Below are positions 37,063-49,337 of a stretch of DNA of 58,032 nt, in pieces (position 1 is the stretch's first letter; each line of letters starts with the position of its first letter). The stretch is from positions 1-58,032 of the forward strand of contig JASVEC010000101.1 of the NCBI GenBank assembly GCA_030770535.1, written 5' to 3'. The stretch is from Batkoa obscura. Lineage: Eukaryota. Position numbers and translations under genes: made by a program. The notes below the pieces were generated by a model. It was not told the origin of the DNA and searched no databases. It was given only the letters and a program-made list of their open reading frames with translations.

Positions 37063-38454
37063 TTAATTAAATTTAATAGTAATCCTATTATCCTTATTAA
37101 TATTATTAAATTCTTTGCTCAATTGAGATAATTCCAAATCATCGTCCATAATATTTAAGTATAAGTACTTCAAATTTGTTAAAGATTGTATAAAGTAGTG
37201 AAATAAGGGTATGGTTGTTAAAGTTAGATCTCCATAAAGTGTATGAATTGAGTTTGAAAAATTTACATCAAATTCAACTAAACTTTTAACAAAATTATCT
37301 ATTTCCTCTTCATGGACATTATCAATTTGAGGTAAGATCCATTCCTTTAAGTGAGTTAAATGATTTAAAATGAAACATATATAATTAATTGAAAACGAAT
37401 ACTCGTTTTTTGTTATAATAAATTGCTTCAAGTTACTCTCTTTATTGATAACCTTTGGTATGTTAAAATAAGATTCATTAATTGAACATTTATTTAATTG
37501 TAAATGAACTAACGTATTCATATCAAATACTAAATAATGAAATATCTTCTCAGTGATTGGTAAATAACTATCTAAGGTTAACGAAGTTAGATTATTGAAC
37601 TTATTAAATAATGAAACATCGTTTGTATTTAAATTGTTTAAACTTAATTGTGTCAAATTGGGATATTCACCATATATAGTTAGAAGCTCATTCTTTGCTT
37701 TGTAATAATTTAAATTAATATTCAACACCTTTAAATTAGGTTGGTCAATTAATAACTTTGCCTGTTCTTTTTGAAAGAGTTCAATTTCTAACTCAAATTT
37801 ATTTAATTTTAAATTGAATTTAGTATTAAAGTAATATATGGCATCATTATCAATTTTGATAGCTTGTAGTGTTAATTCCTTTAATGATAAAAGGGAGGTA
37901 TTAATATTATAAAATAATTCCACATTAACTTGATTTAATTGATATAAACTTAATTTGTTTAAGTTGCTGAAGTAGGGTAATAATGGATTAATACTAAATA
38001 TATCATCATAATGCAATACCAACTGCTTCAAATGGAATTGCTTCAATATCAATAAATCTTGTCTATTAGATAAATCATCTAATAAAAAAACTTCAACTTT
38101 ATTTAAATGCTTTAGATGTGTCAAACTCCAGTTAAATTCCATATATTTTTTTGAGCTGCCATAAAAGAATACCTTGGTTATATTAAAACAATACTTATAA
38201 ACTAAATCTAAGTGTTGATAACCTAGTCCTTCACTTATAGTTATATTATTAACCAAAGCCCCATATTTTTGAATCAATATGTTAAATTGTGTCAAATCCA
38301 TCTTTAATAATTTATAATCAGGATCATTAAATATGTACTTTGATATTAATTTATTTTGGTGTTTATTTAATAAACGATAATCTAATAACTCTTTTTCATT
38401 TTCTACATAAGTCAATATTTGATAGATAATCTCGTTTGGTAAATTACACTTCAT
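37063..38454 (-). CDS. F-box/LRR (RNI-like) protein, intronless
   Basis: N-terminal F-box LPNEIIYQILTYV...YRLLNK; repeated NLxxLxL motifs. Confidence 0.85.
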   Translation of the reverse strand: MKCNLPNEIIYQILTYVENEKELLDYRLLNKHQNKLISKYIFNDPDYKLLKMDLTQFNILIQKYGALVNNITISEGLGYQHLDLVYKYCFNITKVFFYGSSKKYMEFNWSLTHLKHLNKVEVFLLDDLSNRQDLLILKQFHLKQLVLHYDDIFSINPLLPYFSNLNKLSLYQLNQVNVELFYNINTSLLSLKELTLQAIKIDNDAIYYFNTKFNLKLNKFELEIELFQKEQAKLLIDQPNLKVLNINLNYYKAKNELLTIYGEYPNLTQLSLNNLNTNDVSLFNKFNNLTSLTLDSYLPITEKIFHYLVFDMNTLVHLQLNKCSINESYFNIPKVINKESNLKQFIITKNEYSFSINYICFILNHLTHLKEWILPQIDNVHEEEIDNFVKSLVEFDVNFSNSIHTLYGDLTLTTIPLFHYFIQSLTNLKYLYLNIMDDDLELSQLSKEFNNINKDNRITIKFN

Positions 38455-38659
38455 TGCCGTTTTTTAAAAATAATTAATCTAAATTAACAATTAAGTTTAT
38501 ATATAATATTTAATTACACACCTTCCTTTTACTATTTTTATTATTCTGATTTTCATCATTAGTTTATTTTCAGTTTAATTTAGTTTATGTCGATCGAAAA
38601 ATTAAATTAAAATTAATTTCATAATAATATTAAATTTATTAATTATAAGAAGTATAATG

Positions 38660-39334
38660 TTAGTATAAATTATCAATATAAGGCTGAAGCTTATCATCTA
38701 ATCCTGTTTTGTATTGTTGTCTATTAAAATAAAGTTCTTCTCCTTTAATGCCATCATTAAATTGTTCAATAACAGGTTTATTAGGTAGATTAGCTACTAC
38801 AATTTCAGGACCAACAATAAATCCAGATTTATTCTGACTATTGATATAAATATCAGCACAATTCATATAAAATTCTCGAATTCCTGTCCTATTAATCCAT
38901 GTCCAAGCTAAGGTAGCTCTACCATTTGGTAAAGTATTTGGTAAAAAGATATCATAACTACGTCGTCCTTTAGTTAAACAATCTCCAATAATAGAATGAA
39001 TAACAATAAAATGTTTTTGGTCATAAGATATACTCCATTCACAATGACCGCCATTATGTGGTACATCACCAGCAATTAAACTAGTAAAATTATTACCCGC
39101 TTTTAATTCGGATTTTATTTTTCCCATTGGTATACCACGGCATGGGAATGGGAAATCTAATCGATCTTTATTCCCTAATGGAAATTGATTCATATAATCA
39201 ATTTCAAACCATTGTAATTCTTTATCATATTTTGATTTCCTACATAATGGACTAGCTAATTCCATATGACATATAACATATCTGGTTAAATAAAATGAAA
39301 ATAATATAATAGTAATTAAATGATTATTATACAT
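38660..39334 (-). CDS. Secreted AA11-like lytic polysaccharide monooxygenase
   Basis: Signal peptide from ATG 39334 ending VIC|H, giving an N-terminal His (HMELASP); FPCRG, PHNGGHCEWSISYD and LAWTWINRTGIREFYMNCADI. Confidence 0.88.
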   Translation of the reverse strand: MYNNHLITIILFSFYLTRYVICHMELASPLCRKSKYDKELQWFEIDYMNQFPLGNKDRLDFPFPCRGIPMGKIKSELKAGNNFTSLIAGDVPHNGGHCEWSISYDQKHFIVIHSIIGDCLTKGRRSYDIFLPNTLPNGRATLAWTWINRTGIREFYMNCADIYINSQNKSGFIVGPEIVVANLPNKPVIEQFNDGIKGEELYFNRQQYKTGLDDKLQPYIDNLY

Positions 39335-39578
39335 AATGTAATTATTAATTAAAGGTAAGCTTAAAGGTTGTTTTATTATATTAAACTTTATTCTTTTATA
39401 TTTTTTATTATCTTGTACTTTTGAAACTCCCACCTTCTGTTTTATAATTTATTATTAAGTTTTGAATTTCTATTGTTTATTTTGGGCAAATATTTTATCC
39501 TTATTTTGTCATTAATTTAAATTGATTAGATTTAAATTAATAAGATCGAAAATTTATTGCCATTTCTAATACGAAAAG

Positions 39579-40321
39579 ATGATTAAAAGATGGATAAACT
39601 ATATGAAAATAAAAGGATGGAATCCATTTAATAAAAGACAATTGATAGGCAGAGATTTAGAAGGAAATAACTATTATGAAGAAGAAAGAGGTATTTGTTT
39701 TCAAATTATAATTGGTTGAATTTATAAATCTGATTTAAGATGGTTTTCCTCGGCGTACTGTGGAGTTAGCTCAAAAACAACTTCATCTTGGTCAAATAAG
39801 TTCAGCAGATTTAGCAGGTAAGCCTAGTTCATATAATAAATACCGTATATAAAATTTTATTAGTTCAATGGCGCTCTTGGTTAAGACATACTCGTAGAGA
39901 TCCACCAAGCATTGAAGTATAAACAGTATTAGCTAACAATAATATAATATAATATAATATTTAGGAATTAGAAGCTTATGAGATACAAAAGAATAGAACC
40001 ATTGAAAGAGCTAAGGTTTTAGAATTAGAATGGCAAAAAGTAATAATAGATTTTATTATTTTTAACTAATATTAATATTTTATAGAAAAAACTATTAATA
40101 AGTAATAAAGTTGAGCAAGCTAACAAACCAAAAATCAAAGGTAATATTTAAATTATGGGGCTCTTATTCTTATTTGTTTATTTATAGATAATGAATCTAA
40201 AGTTGTGAATCCGAATAAATCAAATGGTAGCATTATTATTGTTGTATAATCATTATATAATTAATTTGATTTAGATGGTTTCCAACCTGATTCATGGTCT
40301 CCAGTATCTCAACGTAATTAA
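39579..40321 (+). CDS. NDUFA12-family complex I assembly factor (NDUFAF2-like), multi-exon; absent from the ORF track
   Basis: LIGRDLEGNNYYE|..RRTVE..|VQWRSWLRHTRRDPPSIE|EL...FQPDSWSP. Confidence 0.9.
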
Positions 40322-40470
40322 AAGATAAACTATGTTGTAAAATAATAAATACATATTACAAAAATGTAAAAGTAATAGATGAATTTTTTATATTTTATTG
40401 AATAAAACTTTCTATTAAAAAACAAAAAAACAATAATGACTATTATTATTATTTAATATGTTATATATAC

Positions 40471-43400
40471 CTAATATCTTCTTTTACCACCACGCCCATA
40501 AGGTGGTCTTTGTGGTCTTTGATTCTGATATTGTTGTCCTTGTTGATATTGTTGTCCTTGTTGGTATTGTTGGCCTTGATATTGTTGACCCTGCTGGTAA
40601 TGCTGACCCTGTTGATAATGTTGTCCTTGTTGGCCTTGAGCATAGTATTGGGTTTGAGGACGACCATAACGTTGGGCAGCATAGCCTGGATTTTGATAAC
40701 TACTTTGGGTGCTTGTTCCATAATCATTTGTTGGTTGGTTATAGCGTTGTTTCCTTATGAATTCTTCATAAGATGGCCTTTGTGCTGGATTGTAGTTATA
40801 GTTAAAATTATTTACATAACTTGCTTCTCGAGCTGCATTAGCAGCCTCATCGCTAGCGGCACTTTGGCTGTGTCCAGCATAACTTGGATATTTATTGAAT
40901 CTATTATCTTGGTGTGATGCTTGATTATTTCCATAGTTGTTGAATGAAGGAGGTGTATTATAGGACCCTGAGGCTCCTCTTGGACGATATGGTTTATTGT
41001 CATTTCTTTGATAATCACGGGAATCTTTGGTTGAGGGATACTGACTATAGTTGGAATAGTCCTGTTTAAAATTCCTATAACCGCCGCTAACAAACTTATA
41101 AATAAATAGTAAAATTAATTAGCAATATTATTACTCATCCTTAGAATATTCATGTCTCTGGTAATCATTTCTATTTGATCTTCCGCCATTTAAAACGAAA
41201 GCTATTTCATTATAAGGCAATACTTTTTTAGGCAAATCAACGTTTGGTACTAAATTGCAAGGAAATACAAAACCTTCTGGAAATTCTGGCAAGGTAAATT
41301 TAAAACTACAAAAAATATTATTTTTTTATCAAGGTATTTTAAAAAACGTACCTTAAACTTTTATCACCATGAATATCAGGCTGTCCATATTTTGAGAGTG
41401 GGGATGTATAAACTGAATTAGGATTACAGTCTGGATCAATAGCCACATTTCCTGGTACTCCTTGGCTAAGTGAAGTTGGGATTTCACATTCTGAAGTATC
41501 CTTAGTATTATATATAGAATAAAGTGGTCCATAGAGTGGGTTAATATTAGACATATAAATAAGCTCGCTTCCAGTTGAATTCCTACGAATCTCGTCGGGA
41601 GAGAGTTTAGGATAAACTTTATTGATTTCTTCTAACAAACGTTCTTCATCGATAAATGGAAGAAGGGCAACAGCTGAAATTAAAAATATTTAACAATACT
41701 GCTTAAAATAATAATGTCTTTACCTTTCCACAATTGAGTTTCTCCATTTAAATCTAAATAAAAATCTTTCGGATAAAAGTCGATGATTGGGGAATCTTCA
41801 TCTTCCATAAGAGGGTGGAATTTTTCTGGTAGATGTTGTTTAGAATCTGCTGGAAGAACACCCATTAATTGCTCGTATGGTTTCAATGGAGTTCCTAATT
41901 CAAAATGAAATTCTGCTTCTTTTGCTGCTTCTGCTATATCTAAAGCAAATGGTGGGTAGTGATAAGGATAAAACCATTTCCAAGAAGGACATCCTTGAAA
42001 ATAATATTTTAACACCCAGCACAAACCTTCAAGATAAGCTAATCCAACTTCATATTGAAATTCTGGATCTTTGCCTTTGCTACCAAATTTTTCTTCATAA
42101 TACCTCTCTCTATATCCTACTTCGCCCAATCTGATATTGTCGTTTCTTCCTTTTATATAAGCAGATGACATGATAATTTCCGAGGCATCTCTAGGTTTAC
42201 TTGGCGCCTCGCTGGGTTCTAGTTTGATTTGCTTCTTTGGAAGAGCAGGTGGGGGAGTAGATTCTTTAGTTTCAGCATCTTCATCTTCATTATCACCATT
42301 AGCTTCAGCTTCATTATCGTCATCTTCTTCTCCTTCTACATCTTCTTCATTCATATTTGAATCTTTAGCATCACTATCTGGCGAATCTCTAGCATGTTTT
42401 TCTCCAGCCTTAACTCCAGTATCACCTGTTGTCTGCAGTTTTATAGATAGCATAGCTAATTTGTTAGTATTATTCTATAAGAAATATAACTTAATATTAT
42501 CAAATATAAAAGAAGTGTAACTACCTGTTGTTTGGGGGGTTCTGCTTTTGTGTGAATTCTCCTAGAATGCTTCTTTTTAGCATTAGCTAATAAAGTATCT
42601 TCTAATTCAGCAATTTGACTAATGATAATCCCTGCTTTCTTTAAATCAACATCACCATTTTTAGTAATAAAGCCTCCCATCGTATTTAAGGAAGACTTCC
42701 ACATACCAACTAATTTTTCAACAGCATTCTCTCTAATGTTTAAGCATGTCAAATGTGGTAAGAAATCATTTCCAACAAAAAAGATCAAAAAGATCCAATC
42801 ATCGATAGCATTTTCAAAGTCATAATCAAAAATGAGGTTTGAAATAGCTAACTCAGCAGCTAAATATTCTCTCAATAAATCCACATGTAGAAATACAAAT
42901 GGTTTCATTGGGACTCCTTTTTTATCTTTATATACAACTGTAGGTTGATCTAAAATTTACTTTGTTCATTAATCTTCATATCATTTATATTTAAACTTAC
43001 TTCGACAATTTTTAGCATTGTGACCAGGTTTATTGCACTTAGTACAAACTTTGTTAGATCCTGAACGGAAATTGACATCTTCACGTAAAACTTTGAATCT
43101 AGGCTCATGGGTTGCTAATGAGAGCATAATCAAATCAGCATCCTGGGACTATTAATATCATAAGTAGCTATATAAATGTGCTTACCAATCCATAGATGAC
43201 ATGGTACATGTTTGGGTCATACCCATCAGAATTACGTGCTTTACGAATATAATCCATAATTTTATGTTCGCCTTCACCTGGTACACTAGCATCAGATAAT
43301 ATAATATTGACCTATTTTAACATTAGCGTTATATTATTAATACTATTATTAATATTACATTTTTCCATAATGGGTTATCGTTCAAACTTTTGGTAATGTA

Positions 43401-44072
43401 ATACTTTAAACTAATAGATAATTTATCCATAAATGGTGTTCCTATTATTTGTTATAAGATATATATAGGTAATAAAAGATGATTACCTGGAGTAATGCAG
43501 TTTGAATCAAAATGCTCTTTTCCGTCATTTTCTTTAGTATTTCTTTCACTGACTAATAATGTTCAATTGTATATTTAAATAAACTTAATATGATTCTACC
43601 TGATAACTTTTCCAAATAGGCCTCCATCTCTTGCTTTTTTATACGGCTTTCCTGTCCAGCTCTGAAACGACGACTTCTTTGTTGATTCATTTTGGCTCTT
43701 GGAGCTACACCATCTTCAAAAAAATTATCAGCAAAAATAGTAAAAGTATTATTATAATATACCAATTGCTATATAAAGTAATCTTCTTGGTCTAATCATA
43801 TTCATGATTCTATCAATATATTTAAATATTTCTATCATCATTTCCTCTTCAGTTTCAGGAGCCTCTTTATCTTCTGGGTGACAGCAAGGGTGAACAATAC
43901 CATTTAAATCTAGATATAAATTATCAAATTCTACCCCGTTTGGATTTGGCAAACTGACATCAACTGGGAAAACTTCACCATCATCGGTTATCTTTTGCTG
44001 ATCTTCTACAACCTGCGATACAATTCTTGGATACTTCATGCTTATCCATCGAAAAAAACCTGGTACACCCAT
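40471..44072 (-). CDS. XRN2: 5'-3' exoribonuclease 2 (XRN2/Rat1), multi-exon
   Basis: [53 protein letters not shown] knuckle [22 protein letters not shown] and [14 protein letters not shown]-rich tail ending YGRGGKRRY*. Confidence 0.96.
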
Positions 44073-44397
44073 TTTTTAATAATGTAAAGTTTTTTTAATT
44101 TTGCAACAAAAATGAACTTTAATATTATAGAAAACTTTATATTAAGTCCAAGTTTTTTTATTGATTAAGGATTAATTTTGTTGCTTATTCTTGATTTGTA
44201 CTTATACCCAATTAAAGTTACTTTATATTTTATCAATCAAATTTTTACATATTAGACTTTTACACTATAGTTTTAATACACTTATTCCATTAGGATGGGG
44301 TAAAACAGATGAAGAAAGTATTGATGACAGCAAAGTCCGAGATTCAGATAGTAAGGAGATGGTCATTAAACATTAAACTTTGTATTCACTTGATTAT

Positions 44398-44700
44398 TTA
44401 TTGGGTTTTTGCATACATCCCGTCGCGAAAATTCAACCATAGAAAAAGTAGTAGTTTTGGCTAAAACAGTAACTTCAATTCTTAAGCTTTTTAATAAAGA
44501 GTTAATTTTCATCTAAAACCGACTTTTTATAGCATAAAATTAAGCTCTACTGATAGTTTTTTCTGATTAGGATTTATTTTTTTCTGAAAAACAACAGTAG
44601 TATTGTAAAAAGCACTTTTGCTGTTGCAACCTGTTATCCTCATGAAGGTTTTGCAAAATCCTTCATTTTTTGCAACATGATATATCCAAAAACCTAATAA
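44398..44700. mobile_element. Second non-autonomous TIR element (MITE-B, about 300 bp)
   Basis: Left TTATTGGGTTTTTGCATACATCCCGTCGCGAAAA versus reverse complement of the right end TTATTAGGTTTTTGGATATATCATGTTGCAAAAA; internal hairpin near 44642-44666; single copy here, no clear TSD. Confidence 0.65.
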
Positions 44701-45033
44701 TTCGATTTTTAAGCTATATTTAAAAATGTTTTTTTCTGGTCTTGATTTTTGTTAAATTTAAGTTCATATTACAAAATGAATGTATTTTGATTTGCTTTGA
44801 TATTGTATACATGAAATTAGATATAAGATATATAAATTCATAGTGTTGATTTGTTTTTAATATATTTGTGTGAATTCAACAAGTTTTCAGTTGTGAAAGT
44901 CAATAGAGTTCACTCTTCTATACTAAAAAGCATAGTTCATGAACTTTATAAAAATCAAAGCTATCTTAGATAACTACTATTCTTATTTTTATTAAATTTA
45001 TATCATAAATTAATATGCATGATACTAACAGAT

Positions 45034-45115
45034 GTCAATTTGGCCGAGCGGTCTAAGGCGTTGCACTTAAGATGCAATCTCGAGAGAGGCGTGGGTTCGA
45101 ACCCCACAGTTGACA
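45034..45115 (+). tRNA. tRNA-Leu, anticodon UAA, no intron
   Basis: Acceptor stem GTCAATT/AGTTGAC, D-arm TGGCCGAGCGGTCTAAGGC, anticodon arm TTGCA-CT-TAA-GA-TGCAA, long variable arm, GGTTCGAACC, downstream T-run. Confidence 0.97.
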
Positions 45116-45214
45116 ATGTACTTTTTCTTTCTATAAAAAAGTCAATAGTTGGCTATAAACAAAGAAATTAAATCTTTTTTTTTCCATTTTTCACTATTAT
45201 ATGTTTATTTAGAA

Positions 45215-46104
45215 ATGTCATCAAAGTTAAAACAGCCGTTTTTTAGTTATTTATTTAGTCAATTTGAAGAGATAAGAAGAGGAAATAACATGAAATTCCG
45301 AACTTTGGAACGAGTTATACAACCAAAAATAGCTCACAAAAGAAGTAGAAAAGAAGTGGAAGCAAATATATTTAGTTCAAAAAGAATCAAGTTCAAATCA
45401 AGTTTGAATAAGGTAAAAATGATAACAATCAATTAATATGATCTTAAATGTTTTTAGAAAACAAAAATTTTTGAAGAGCAGAAAAAATATCTAATCAAAT
45501 ATGATATCACAAATGAAACAACAATAAAGCAACAGCTACTAAATGAAATACCCATTAGTTATACAGCACTGCATTTAAACAGTAACAAAGTGAATTGGAG
45601 AAAATTTTTACCATTTATGCTTTTATTAATACAAGCAGTAATATAATCTTTATTAAACACTATTTCTTTTAATATTTTAAGCTTTTAGAAATTGATATAA
45701 ATGAGCCAAACCTATTAATATACGTTCCTACTTTAATGGTAAAAATAATTAATTTTGAGTCTAAAAATAATAGAGATAAATTACCCTTAAGAATTGAAGA
45801 GCTTATGATCGAATGGAATGTACATCTGATAAAGGTAGGTGAAGATTTCTAGTTTTAAATATTCAAATTGAGCTATTATTAGAATAGAATCATTATTTCC
45901 TTTTTATGGGAACATTTAATAATATCAACTCAAGACAATATAGGAGTGTCATCTTATATTACAAAACTAGAAGATGATGCAAATAATGGTCTAAAGTAAG
46001 CTTTATTACCCTTGATTTATTTTTTAATAATTTTTTACAGCGCTGATTATAAACTAGCTATAGAAAAAACTAAATTCATACCAGTACCGGATTTTGATCC
46101 TTAA
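45215..46104 (+). CDS. Hypothetical protein, multi-exon
   Basis: Open segments joined by GT-AG introns, ending ADYKLAIEKTKFIPVPDFDP*; no family recognised; start uncertain. Confidence 0.6.
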
Positions 46105-46471
46105 CAAAAGCATGAGTTAGTAAATTGCAGCTTGAGCTACTATGTTATCTAGTTGTATACAGCTAACATATATTAATCTCAATCTATAGTATATAAAGTA
46201 TTCGAATTAATATTTTGGAAAATAAATACTAGCAATGCATCTTTTTTTAATTTCTAAATAGACAATAAGTATTTCATTGCTTTTTTACTGTATAGTCTTT
46301 AATAAATGCCTTAAATAAGTACTATAAACTATAGATACTTTACTAACAATTTAAAATAAAAGTTAATATCATTTAGTTAACATATTTCATAGTATTAATT
46401 GTAAAATAATTTTATTGGATAAAATAAGTTCAAAATGAAATATTATTAAAGAATAAAATTTACTTCTTTCA

Positions 46472-47909
46472 ATGAATTTCCTAATTTTAAACACTAGAAA
46501 ATATTCCATAACATTTAAATATAACTTACAAAAAGCATCTAGTTATAATATAATCAAAGGAGGGAATCAACTTAATGCTAAAAGTTTGAATTTGATAAGA
46601 AATAAAGTGAGTAAATCCAATCTTCCAAGTGAGACCTCAAGGCCAATAAAGGTTCCAGAAGATCCATATAATTTTTCAGAGTTAATTAAAGAGTTGATAA
46701 GTTCTCAAAGAACAGACGATGCGATAGTAGTATTACAAAAGAATTCTAATAAATTTCATCAGCCTATTGTACCCTGGAATATACTGTTAAAAAACGTATC
46801 GGATCAAGGTCGACTTAATTTAGCTATAACTTTATTTAATGAAGTAAGTTTTTTTAGATTATAATAGCTTTTGTTTTAACTGTTTTTAGCTCAAGCGTAA
46901 AGGTATAAAACCAAATAACCATACTTATTCTATTTTAATCGATGCCTGTGCTAAATCAAGTTCGCCTAATTCAAAACTTAAAGCACAGAAAATCATTGAT
47001 GAAATGAATTCAAAGTTCAGTAATAGTAACAGCGATGAGCAAGAAGGCTTTAATTTGAAAAAGTCAAATTCCAAGAAAGAGAGTTTTAACATACAAACAA
47101 TGAAAAAAGAAATCCAGTACATAGGAAAAAATAAAGGAATGTCAATAATAGAGGAGACCCCTATAATAAATGGGCCATCGTTATTCCATTATAATAATAT
47201 GTTAAAAGTTTATTCTCGTTCCAATGATTTGGTCAAAATGATTGAATTGTATGATAGTATGAGAGAGAACATCACTAGCAACAAAGGCATAAATAATTAT
47301 CAAAATAGTCCCAACTCAATCTCATGTGCACCAGATATTGTGTCGTATACCATTGTTGTAAATGCACTAGCAAGGATAAAATCAGATGATGCCTTTATTG
47401 AAACCATTAATATTTGGTTAGATTATAGAGAAGATGTTGAATTAAACATGGTCAAAAACAATGAAAATAGATCTTTTAAACAAAAAGAACATAATAAAAA
47501 TAAATTGGAAAGAAACTTGGAGTTTGATATAGGATTTTTACAAGCAATTTTATTAGCAAGTAGATATTGTAAAGATAGAGAATATTTATTTAAAGGGCTA
47601 CAATTAATAGAGCAAGCGTTTGATATGAATTTAAATGTAGAATATCCAAAAACAATTAGCTTCCAAAAGTTACCAGATTTAACAGAAATTGAAAAGAATA
47701 ATATCGTTCAGCCCAATCTGGCCATTATAGATTTAGCGATAACTACAGCCTCAATTTTAAAGTTACATAATGTTGTACCAAAAATATTCTTCTTTTTTGT
47801 AGAAAATCATCCTAAGCAATTCAAACCTGATTTAAAATTATACGCTAATGTTTTATCTGCTCATTGCCATCAGGCAAGCGAACTTGTTAGAACATTTAAA
47901 AACAAATAG
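46472..47909 (+). CDS. PPR protein, 2 exons, probably mitochondrial
   Basis: VPWNILLK...ITLFNE|LKRKGIKPNNHTYSILIDAC; PSLFHYNNMLKVY; PDIVSYTIVVNAL. Confidence 0.9.
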
Positions 47910-49337
47910 AAATCTAGATTATTTATATAGAATTTTTAAAATAAATTAATGATATCATTTATATTTTATTATAAACTTATGGTTTATTTATTAAATTTAT
48001 CCTACAAGTATTTATAAGGTAATATATTAAATAAAAGAGATTTTGATTTCCTGTGTTTTATTCTTTAGATTTCATACTAACTTAAATTGTTGAAACTTTG
48101 GATTGTAAATTTATATCAGTTTATAGTAATTTCACTTAACTTCTCTCTTTTATTGTGAAAGTTTTATCGAGGGATTAATACTTTATAAAAAATATATAGT
48201 TTAACTATATTTTAAAGTAAATATTATAGACTTTAATTCTGCTTTTTATTCAGCTATTGATTGTTTTTCAAAAATATTTTAAAAATAAATTTAAGAACCT
48301 TTTTTTAAAGTCTTGATAGAGTCAAAGACCCCCCTCCCAGTGTTTTATTTTTGGGAGAAAACTGGGCTCAGATCAAATGACAAATAGCGAGAGAGATTGG
48401 GACAAGGAAAAGAGCAAGTAAGAATAATATAACCGAAAAGTGGAAAGGTAGTCAACTCAAGTCAGCTAGCTTTCAAGTTTTGGGGATTGTACTTTATGTA
48501 AGTAAATTGCGATTTGTATTTAGTAACCAAGAGTGAAATATATGATAGAAAAGAAAGGAGAACCGACAAGATTTAAGAACTTTATGCTTATAAAATAACC
48601 AACTATTATGATTGATAGTTTTTTATAGTTAAAAGGTTACATTTAAATAGTGTATGACATATAACATTATAATGAACGGTGAAAAATACTACCACAGCTA
48701 TTTTTTTCAAAATAATATAGTCAATATCAAATTTTATTTCATTTCTACTTTAACTTGAATTTTAAATTGTCAGCTTTATTACAAAATTTAAAATAAAAAA
48801 CGAGAAACTTTAATATAGTTAATATGAACCTGTTTCTTTGTACCTTGCATATTATAAGTCAATTTTTATTATATATACTAAATCTTTTATCTTAAATGTT
48901 CTAGACGTAAAAAGATTTGTTATAAAACATTTTAAATTTCGAATATTTCCTTTAAGTTAAAATTAATTAAAATCAAAATTAAAATTGTTTAAAGTATCAA
49001 ATGGCATTCTCCTTATTTAGAAAATTATTGATGAAAAGGCAGATTAAATGTTCAAAACTATCAACACAACCGAAATAAATAAGGGATTAAATAAAAACCA
49101 AAAAATATTATAATAACAGAGAGCACATATTTATAATAGAACTACTAACAATAACTAAAGCTATTAGATAAAAACATCGTACAATAAGTATTATTGATGG
49201 TAAGATGAAAATTTTCGAGAGAATATAACTTAAAGTTATACTATTTTTATGATTTTTTTCGTAAATAACAAAATGATTTCTTAAAATATTGTTTAATATA
49301 ATCTAAAAACTGAACAAGTTTAAAATAATAGAATGAC

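Noticed and set aside
40458..41093. Four overlapping ORFs on both strands
   Set aside because: Shadow frames of the low-complexity XRN2 terminal exon.
44191..44376. 61-aa ORF upstream of XRN2
   Set aside because: Non-ATG start, short, and no recognisable similarity.
48325..48570. Purine-rich patch with a small CCCAG...CTGGG hairpin
   Set aside because: No termini, ORF or second copy to classify it as a transposon or ncRNA.
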